DNA of 63,694 nucleotides, counting the filler, from Octopus bimaculoides (lineage: Eukaryota): assembly GCF_001194135.2 (NCBI RefSeq). It is 7 parts of 7 records of this genome, joined end to end, with 100 filler letters (N's around TTAATTAATTAA, not from the genome) between each part and the next. Parts side by side here need not be neighbours in the genome. Positions count along the whole stretch, not along the records: positions 54,287 to 59,417 come from NC_068987.1; positions 59,518 to 61,614 come from NC_068985.1; positions 61,715 to 63,694 come from NC_068995.1; 4 more parts are not named here. One strand, 5' to 3'. The notes under the pieces are model-generated. The model saw nothing but the letters and a program-made list of their open reading frames with translations. It was not told the origin of the DNA and did not search any database. The position numbers and the translations under genes were made by a program. Position 1 is the first letter of the stretch, and the number at the start of each line of letters is the position of its first letter. Shown piece after piece: positions 54,866-63,694 of the stretch.

Positions 54866-55244
54866 TGGCACTCCGTCCGTTACAACGATGAGTGTTCCAG
54901 TTGATCCGATGAACGGAACAGCCTGCTCGTGAAATTAATGTGCAAGTGGCTGAGCAATCTACAGACAGGTGTACCCTTAACATAGTTCTCAGGGATATTC
55001 AACGTGACATAGTGTGACAAGGCTGGCCCTTTGAAATATAGGCAGAACAGATATAGGAAGAAAGAGTGAGAGAAAGTTGTGGTGAAAAAGTACAGCAGGG
55101 TTCACCATCAACCCCTGCCGGAGCCTCGTGTAGCTTTAGGTGTTTTCGTTCATTAAACACTCATAACACCCGGTCTGGGAATCGAAACTGCGATCCAAAG
55201 ACCGCGAGTCCGCTGCACTAACCATTGGGCCATTGCGCCTTCAC
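54866..55244 (-). mobile_element. SINE family B, full length with an alternative 3' half, 12-bp TSD
   Basis: Head and first ~190 nt match 16615; the 3' half differs (..ttgcacattaatttcacgagcaggctgttccg..acggagtgcca). TSD caacaccaacat (54850-54861) / caacagcaacat (55245-55256). Confidence 0.9.
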
Positions 55245-56348
55245 CAACAGCAACATAAATAAAAAAGAAAAATAACACTGAAAGATTGATATGTAAAAAC
55301 TTCTCTGACTCCTAATCCTCCAGGTTTTAGATTCCGTTCTTACAGTTTACTTCGGTGATCAGCCAAACTTAGAGCAAGATTTATTTATCGTTTTCACCTT
55401 ACTGCAATTAAATATCAAACGCATTTAGCACTAAACTCAACATTTGATTAATTATATTCTTCATCCTTTTCTTTTGACTAGACTTAGCATGAACATGCCT
55501 TTTATCTCGTCTGAGGAGAAATTTTAAGTAATTAATATTCCTGAAGCTACTAAACTAATGACATGTTTTTTTGTTATTTCTTATAGATAATGACATTTTT
55601 TCCTTATTGCTTTCTCAAAGACTATGTGTTGCTATAACACTACTGGTACGCATACATAATTATAGACACAATACACGTACATACATTCATACTTACAAAC
55701 AAACACGTACATACTTACAGACACTCATACACATGTGAGTTTGTGTTCAATAGAAACCAGTAGGTGTAAGGGCATGAATGTTTAAATAATTCCTTACGCA
55801 ACTACAAGTGCTGGTTTCCATTTATCTGTATGATATATTGGTTTCAGCAACATTAGAATGTATGTGCGATACTATCACTTCATTACATAATGAGGCACAG
55901 TGATTCTGCTTAAGAATTACGGTAGAAAACACGGGAGGGTTCAGCCATTTAGAAATTAATTCAATGCATAATTTGTCCAGCTGATTCCAGGAGATGCGAA
56001 TCCTCAAAGTGCCCTGATATCCATCCACGCATGTACATTCACACTTATGTTTATACATAAATACATGCATGCATAATTACACACGCACACACACGCACAC
56101 GCGCGCGTACACACACACACACATATATATTCGTATATATATATATATATATATATGTAATATATATATATATATATATATANNNNNNNNNNNNNNNNNN
56201 NNNNNNNNNNNNNNNNNNNNNNNNNNNNNNNNNNNNNNNNNNNNNNNNNNNNNNNNNNNNNNNNNNNNNNNNNNNNNNNNNNNNNNNNNNNNNNNNNNNN
56301 NNNNNNNNNNNNNNNNNNNNNNNNNNNNNNNNNNNNNNNNNNNNNNNN

Positions 56349-56381
<33 letters not shown>

Positions 56382-57574
56382 ACAATGGAATCTGACATTC
56401 GTTTGATATTGATAATGAAACAATAATAAAAAGACACAAGTGAATTATACTATCCCCCTTATGCAAACAGGCGTCTGTCAACAGGGTGTGTCAGAAGTAT
56501 ATATATGTGCAAGGGTGTGTATGCGCGCTTGTGTGTGCATGTATGTATGTATGTATTTGTGTATGTCTCTCTGTCTCTCTGTAACATATATATGCATACA
56601 CAGATCATATGCATGAGACTACGACATTCATAGAATCACGCAGTGAATTGAAGTGAATGAAATTTAGTTCGGCTTTCATTTCATGACGTACTATTAGCAT
56701 TTGAGAGCAGAAGAATAAGTTATGATATCAACTATATAGCTTTCCAGAGACCATTATCAGTATCAATGGTTCGTCTCAATGGGAGTATATTCCACATTCA
56801 TAGTTGTTGCTTCTTTCTATCTCTCACCTTTTTATAAATACATATATTCATACATATGCATTTATATATATCGCACCAAAAGCAGACACACACACACACA
56901 CGCACATATATGTTCTCGATAGTTATATTAATACCATAATGCACTATATGCACTTAGGTTACAATTCATAAATGTATCTAAATTCAATTATTGATTATAC
57001 GTGTGATGTATTAAGATGTATAATTATATATATATATATATATGTGTGTGTGTGGGTGTGTGTGTGTGTAAGTATATATATATATATATATATATATATT
57101 TANNNNNNNNNNNNNNNNNNNNNNNNNNNNNNNNNNNNNNNNNNNNNNNNNNNNNNNNNNNNNNNNNNNNNNNNNNNNNNNNNNTATATATATATATATA
57201 TATGTATATAGATACACATATACACATATATACTTATGACTGTCTAGTTATATCTATCTATATATGTAACATATGTATTTTTCTCTCCCCCCCTCCCCTC
57301 TGTATATGGGTTTCTCGGGTGTAATTGTACGTAAGTTATTAGTTTCAGATGAAGAGAGAATTCCAAAACTATTCTACTATTTGAAATACATTTCCCTGCC
57401 TGTATTAAAATAATTTGAGTGTTATGAAACCATGCTTTTGTTGATATAAAAACAGTTTTACTTGAAGCGATCAATATATTGTACTGCGTCTAGCAAACTC
57501 TGTGCCAGTGGTTCTGACACGACATTTTCAATACTTTAGCTGGACATTATTTTTAATTTTCATTTAATGTCTAG

Positions 57575-58010
57575 GGCGGCAAGTTGGCAGCGTGCCGGGT
57601 AATATGCTTAGCAACATTTTGTCCGTCTTTACCTTCTAAGTCCAAATTCTGCCGAGTTCGACATTAGATTTTATCGTTTGAAGGTCAATGAAATAAGTTC
57701 CTCCGGAGCTCTTCGGTCGATGTAATTTACTTACCAGCACCCAAGAAATTGATGGCTTTGTGTCGACATTTGAAACCAATACTTATCTTAAGTCTACAGG
57801 TGATTGTCAAGTAAATTATACAGAAACGAATGATATAAGAGTTTAAAATTTTGGCACGAGGTCAGAAAGTCCAGGGGAAACGCTAAGTCGATTTCTTCGA
57901 CCAGTGCTTATTTGATCCCGGCGGCATTTGAACTCAGAAGTTAAAATGTCGAAATGCCTCTAAGCATTTTACCCAGCATGCTAATTATCCAGCCAACTAG
58001 CCGCCTTTAA
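57575..58010. mobile_element. Two old SINE family A copies in opposite orientation
   Basis: + copy 57575-57780 (ggcggcaagttggcag..tgcttagc..aaattctgccgag); - copy ~57850-58010 (ggcggcatttgaactcagaa..ctaagcattt). Confidence 0.65.
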
Positions 58011-58272
58011 TGAATCATATATTATAAGTTAGAAATGCATTTGCAATAGATATGACATATATGACATTTATAGATTTGAACGTGTATATAATAAATACAG
58101 TACACCAATTTCTGATATCACACACTGTTTTATCAAATGTATTTTCGTTAATTAGTTATTATAAATCAACACTGTTTTTGAAAATATATAAGAAACATAT
58201 TTTTACATATACTGCTTTGATTGGTTTCAGCCAATTATTCTTCCAGATTATTATTATTATATTTGATTATGA

Positions 58273-58333
<61 letters not shown>

Positions 58334-59139
58334 GATTACGATTTTTTCACGAGTGTATTCTCAAATAAATAAATACAAATATATATATACACACACATAG
58401 TATGTATATATGAATATATGTATGCATGTATGTTTCTAAACTCGAAAATTATACGATTTTATGAAAAAATATCTAGATGCTCGCAAAACCGGAAACATTT
58501 TATATGAATATTTCCTGATTGACGGTGGAAAAGTGCCCTGCATTTTTAATCCAAATAAAAATCCTTTTCATTTCAGAGACGTCTTTAAGTTTCTAAACTC
58601 GGAGTTATGGATAGATGAAAGATTAACATTTTTGATCTGCTTTAGAGAAATTCTAATCAGTTGAGAATATTTGGCATGTGTATTTTAAAATGTTGCAATA
58701 TAATGATTCATCCAACCCGATCATATTTATCTCTCTTACATATATCATTATGCAAACTATACAGGTGCGAAATTTTCTTGCAACTCTCAAGTAAATGACA
58801 GGGCATAACTGAATATATAATAATATTCTGATGAGGTATTATTGACATAAATGCGTCTATAGGTCTCACCTTTAGCATTCAATAAAATACCCCTAAACTT
58901 TAAAAAATGAATGCAGGAAAAACAAAATTGTACCAAGCTATAAAATTATGCTACGTAATAAACGCATGTTCAAGCAACGTCGATTTGATGAAGAAATTAA
59001 GCTAATGCATGGCACATAATTTCAGCATAATAAACAAAATCCTTTGCACAAGCTTCAATGTGAAATTACAGAACCGTCTTCCTCAATTTCAGACCACCAC
59101 TACCACCACGACCATCGCGGCCACCGCCACTGCTCTCGA

Positions 59140-59194
<55 letters not shown>

Positions 59195-59195
59195 C

Positions 59196-59237
<42 letters not shown>

Positions 59238-59979
59238 GTCTGTCTATCCGTCTGTCTGTCTGTCTGTCTGTATGTCTGTCTGGTTGTCTTTACATAAATT
59301 TAGTTGAATTTTACAGAAAAACATAATACGAAGGCAGGTGTATAAACAACAAGCAGGTGTTTTAGTTTCAAGCTCGGGAGTGTGAGAAAGCATTTATGTT
59401 TCGAGCCTACGCTCTTCNNNNNNNNNNNNNNNNNNNNNNNNNNNNNNNNNNNNNNNNNNNNTTAATTAATTAANNNNNNNNNNNNNNNNNNNNNNNNNNN
59501 NNNNNNNNNNNNNNNNNGTCTGTACTTTTTAGTGGGTATGCATGATTTTTCGCTGTCAGTCAGTTGGGAATCATTTGTGAAAGGATTGATTTCTGTTTCT
59601 AACAGGCCGAGTGACCATGCACAGGTCTCCCTCGTTCAAGTGTAGAGTTCAGTGGATTTGTTGTTGCTGTTTTTCTCTCTTTTTTTTTTGAGTGTCGTAA
59701 TGTGATGTGGAGTACTTCCCAGTAATTCGGAGTACTGCTGTATAAGAAGAGGAAGAGTCGACATATCGTGAGGTGGAATGGCGTAATGAGCTAGAGTAGT
59801 GGTAGAGTGTGAGTTGGATTGGCAGCAGGTTATGCAGCTAGAGTGCTAGCGCAGTACGAGCTGAGTGATGGTGTTAAGTGCAGGCGGAATAGTTACTATA
59901 ACTGTTTAGTGCCATATTGCGTCTGACAGAGCAGACTTGCAACTAACGGCACTCGTATCGTGACCGTACTACCTTTATT

Positions 59980-60453
59980 TCTTATTTCTTTATTGCCCAC
60001 AAGGGGCTAAACATAGAGGGGACAAACAAGGACAGACAAAGGGATTAAGTCGATTGCATCCACCCCAGTGCTCAACTGGTACTTAATTTATCGACCCCGA
60101 AAGGATGAAAGGGAAAGTCGACCTCGGCGGAATTTGAACTCAGAACGTAGCGGCAGACGAAATACCTATTTCTTTATTGCCCACAAGGGGCTAAGCATAG
60201 AGGGGACAAACAAGCACAGACAAAGGGATTAAGTCGATTGCATCCACCCCAGTGCTCAACTGGTACTTAATTTATTTATCGACCCCGAAAGGATGAAAGG
60301 CAAAGTCGACCTCGGCGGAATTTGAACTCAGAACGTAGCGGCAGACGAAATACCTATTTCTTTATTGCCCACAAGGGGCTAAGCATAGAGGGGACAAACA
60401 AGCACAGACAAAGGGATTAAGTCGATTGCATCCACCCCAGTGCTCAACTGGTA
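59980..60453 (-). repeat. Head-to-tail tandem array of 5'-truncated SINE family A units (184 and 188 bp periods), running into a gap
   Basis: Units start at 59988, 60172 and 60360. They are near-identical, with the same junction gacgaaatacc|tatttctttattgccc. Confidence 0.9.
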
Positions 60454-61714
60454 NNNNNNNNNNNNNNNNNNNNNNNNNNNNNNNNNNNNNNNNNNNNNNN
60501 NNNNNNNNNNNNNNNNNNNNNNNNNNNNNNNNNNNNNNNNNNNNNNNNNNNNNNNNNNNNNNNNNNNNNNNNNNNNNNNNNNNNNNNNNNNNNNNNNNNN
60601 NNNNNNNNNNNNNNNNNNNNNNNNNNNNNNNNNNNNNNNNNNNNNNNNNNNNNNNNNNNNNNNNNNNNNNNNNNNNNNNNNNNNNNNNNNNNNNNNNNNN
60701 NNNNNNNNNNNNNNNNNNNNNNNNNNNNNNNNNNNNNNNNNNNNNNNNNNNNNNNNNNNNNNNNNNNNNNNNNNNNNNNNNNNNNNNNNNNNNNNNNNNN
60801 NNNNNNNNNNNNNNNNNNNNNNNNNNNNNNNNNNNNNNNNNNNNNNNNNNNNNNNNNNNNNNNNNNNNNNNNNNNNNNNNNNNNNNNNNNNNNNNNNNNN
60901 NNNNNNNNNNNNNNNNNNNNNNNNNNNNNNNNNNNNNNNNNNNNNNNNNNNNNNNNNNNNNNNNNNNNNNNNNNNNNNNNNNNNNNNNNNNNNNNNNNNN
61001 NNNNNNNNNNNNNNNNNNNNNNNNNNNNNNNNNNNNNNNNNNNNNNNNNNNNNNNNNNNNNNNNNNNNNNNNNNNNNNNNNNNNNNNNNNNNNNNNNNNN
61101 NNNNNNNNNNNNNNNNNNNGGTGGAGCGATGGTGGCGTGTGAAGTGGTGTGAGAGGAAGAGGAGTAGAGATAGAGTGAGAGGAGGTGAAGTTATGAAATT
61201 GTGGTAGTGTGAGACCGTGGTATAGTGTGAGGGTGAGGGAGAAGAGGACTTGAGGTGAATGAGAAGTGGAGTGAGAGGAAAATTGGAGACATGTAAAACT
61301 GAGTGAAGGTGGAATGAAAGGATGAGATAGAGTGTCAAATTGAGTGGAGGTGGAATAAGGTGGTTGAGTGGAGTTGGAATGTCAGGTGGAGTGTGAAGAT
61401 TAAGTGTTTGTGTAGTTAGAAAAGGAGTAGTGATGTTAGAGTGGAGGTGGAGCGGTGATGGGAGTGTGAGGTGGAGTGAGAGGAGAAGCAGTGGAGGTGG
61501 AGTGTGAGATGGAGTAACGATGGAAAGGAGTAGTGATACTGGAGTACGAGGTGAAGTGACAATTGAGTGGAAAGTCAAGTGGTGGTGGTGGTGGTGGTGG
61601 TGGTGGTGGAGTGTNNNNNNNNNNNNNNNNNNNNNNNNNNNNNNNNNNNNNNNNNNNNTTAATTAATTAANNNNNNNNNNNNNNNNNNNNNNNNNNNNNN
61701 NNNNNNNNNNNNNN

Positions 61715-61821
61715 TGTGTATGTGTTTGCGTATGAGTGAATATACGTTGTGTGTATTTGTGTGTTTGCGTATGTGCGCATATACGTTGTGTGTTTGCGTA
61801 TGTGCACGTAGACGTTGTGTA

Positions 61822-61860
<39 letters not shown>

Positions 61861-61985
61861 TTGCGTATGAGTGAATATACGTTGTGTGTATTTGTGTGTT
61901 TGTATATGTGTGCATATACACTGTGTGTATTAGTGTGTGTGTGTTTGCGTATGCGCACATATACGTTGTATGTATTTGTGTGTTT
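61715..61985. repeat. Degenerate TG-rich minisatellite
   Basis: Recurrent gtgtttgcgtatg..atatacgttg units. Confidence 0.8.
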
Positions 61986-62038
61986 CCTCTCAGTCTCATA
62001 CCTCCACACTCTGTACTTTGGTACTCCATTCTCCACAG

Positions 62039-62185
62039 GATCTGTCCACAATGAGACTCACCTACCAGTCTGTACTCGGGGAGATGGACCGACTGACCTT
62101 ACAGCTGAAGGAAGAGCAAAGCAAACAACTCAGTCTTCAGCAGCAACTGAAGATGGCAACGTCCAAGAGTGCCAGCATGCGCGAG
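62039..62185 (+). CDS. RPGRIP1L: Internal coding exon (147 nt, phase 0/0), coiled-coil region of an RPGRIP1L/fantom-like ciliary transition-zone protein
   Basis: Pyrimidine-rich acceptor ...ccattctccacag|GAT and donor GAG|gtgagt. Encodes DLSTMRLTYQSVLGEMDRLTLQLKEEQSKQLSLQQQLKMATSKSASMRE. Aligns without gaps to human RPGRIP1L as recalled ([34 protein letters not shown]). Orthology not database-verified. Confidence 0.8.
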
Positions 62186-62719
62186 GTGAGTCCAACATCT
62201 GACCATCACTTCTGACTTTGTAATATTGTCTTGGATTGGTAGAGAAAAAAATCTTTTATCTTTTATCACTCATTAAACTGTGGCCAAACTGAGGCACTGC
62301 CTTGAAGAATCTTTAGTCGAATGATTCGACCCCCAGTACTTTTTTTAAAGCCTGGTTTTTATTCTGTCGCTCTTTTTTGCTGAACTGCTAGGTTACGAGT
62401 GTGTAAATTCACCAACATCGGTTATCAAGCAGTAGTGGCAGACAAACACACACACACACATGGACACATACACACATGGACACATACACACACGCACGTG
62501 CACACACACATACACACACTTCTCTAAGTCAAATTTTTAATTTTTAATTCACCTCAAAAAAAGTTTTGTTATTTTTTTCGTGGTGTAATCAAATTATTTA
62601 ACAATAAAAGACACGTCTGAGACAGCTGTAGTGAGTGGACCTTTAAGCCATTTGTAGTAAAGATGGATGTTTTTCTGGTGCTGCTTTTACTTTACCATTA
62701 TTATTAAATATAATCCAAA

Positions 62720-62940
62720 GGCAGCGAGCTGGCAGAATCGGTTGCACGCCGAGCGAAATGCTTAGCGGTATTTCGTCTGTCGTTACGTTCAGAGTTCAAA
62801 TTCTGCCGAGGTCGACTTTGCCTTTAATCCTTTCGGGGGTCGGTAAATTAAGTACCAGTTACGCACTGGGGTCAATGTAATCGACTTAATCCCTTTGTCT
62901 GTCCCCTCTATGTTTAGCCCCTTGTGGGCAATAAAGAAAT
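62720..62940 (+). mobile_element. SINE family A, full length, inside the intron between the two RPGRIP1L-like exons
   Basis: ggcagcgagctggcagaatcgg (A-box-like)...gagttcaaattctgcc (B-box-like)...gtcgactttgccttt..gccccttgtgggcaataaagaaata. Confidence 0.9.
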
Positions 62941-63076
62941 ATGAAACTGAAAGAAGCCCATCGCATAGATATAAGTGTGTGTGTGTGTGTGTGTGTGATG
63001 ATGATGTTGAAGATGATGATGATGAAAATGGTGATGTTGTTCTAACCCTTTCTATCTCTCTCTCTCCTCCTCTCAG

Positions 63077-63150
63077 CTCCAAGAACAGATAATCTCACTG
63101 CAGAACGATAAACAACTCCTTGTGGAAAGCAATGATAAGCTGACCAGAAG
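63077..63150 (+). CDS. RPGRIP1L: Next coding exon (74 nt, phase 0/2) of the RPGRIP1L-like gene
   Basis: Acceptor ctctctcctcctctcag|CTC and donor AG|gtatgt. In frame with the previous exon across an 891-nt GT-AG intron. Encodes LQEQIISLQNDKQLLVESNDKLTR, matching the recalled human continuation [24 protein letters not shown]. Confidence 0.8.
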
Positions 63151-63214
63151 GTATGTATGGAGGGGTGGTCATCTAGATTTGTAAAGTCAGCACCCCCCCC
63201 CTCACTTTACTGTT

Positions 63215-63694
63215 GTCGTTGTCATTGTTGTTGTTGTAGTTGTTGTTTTTTGGCCCAAAGAGTTATGTTTGATGCGGGTGTATATTGAACCCTCTTCCAT
63301 AGTTTCATATTCTGTCTTACCCTTTGCAACTATTTCTAACACTACCACCAACACTACTGCCACCACCACTAGTACCACAGCCATCACTACAATTACCGTC
63401 ACCACCGCAACTACCACAGCCATCACGGCCATAAACACTACTGTCACAACCACCACAACACCATCACTACCATTACCATCACCACCCCACCATCAACATC
63501 ACCACTACCATCAATATCACCGCCACCACTACCAGCACCACTGTCATCACTATCATCACACCACAACACCATCACCACCACCACCACCACCACCACCAGC
63601 ACTACTGTCACCACACCACAACACCACCACCATTACCACACTACATCACTACCACCACCACCATCACCACCACCACCACCACCACTACCGTCAC
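63215..63694. repeat. ACC/ATC low-complexity tract
   Basis: Direct reading. Confidence 0.9.

Noticed and set aside
58461-58664. 67-aa ORF MKKYLDARKTGNILYEYF...
   Set aside because: No recognisable family, no convincing splice sites, and the length is expected by chance.
60379-61578. 399-aa ORF and other long ORFs in the track
   Set aside because: They run through N gaps or microsatellite/low-complexity DNA (YIYI, CVCV, LSIY, poly-T/N/M); no coding signal.

Overview
AT-rich, gap-ridden eukaryotic (metazoan) draft-assembly DNA, dominated by microsatellites and transposon remnants. The SINE families look like octopus, possibly Octopus bimaculoides; that is my inference from recalled repeat sequences, not a database result. 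The only well-supported host coding sequence is two spliced + strand exons near the end (62039-62185 and 63077-63150). They encode a coiled coil that aligns with RPGRIP1L/fantom as I recall it. Mobile element remnants include a Tc1 element with ~210-bp TIRs, a ~2.2-kb DNA transposon with CACTGGTCAA termini and a decayed transposase of a poorly characterised family, and Helitron pieces (one with both termini). Also present are a hAT remnant, CR1, RTE and L1/Tx1 LINE fragments, a tandem array of ORF1-only L1/Tx1-like units, a Penelope-like GIY-YIG remnant, a minimal hammerhead ribozyme motif, and at least four SINE families. Six 100-nt gaps carry an artificial TTAATTAATTAA linker, so order and orientation across them are uncertain. 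Most ORFs in the supplied track are artefacts of N runs or microsatellites. There are no prokaryotic features, and I cannot claim a wholly new biological system. The best leads are the ORF1-only tandem array, a SINE tail shared with an adjacent retroelement 3' end, the hammerhead, tail-swapped SINEs, and inverted SINEs flanking a symmetric exon.
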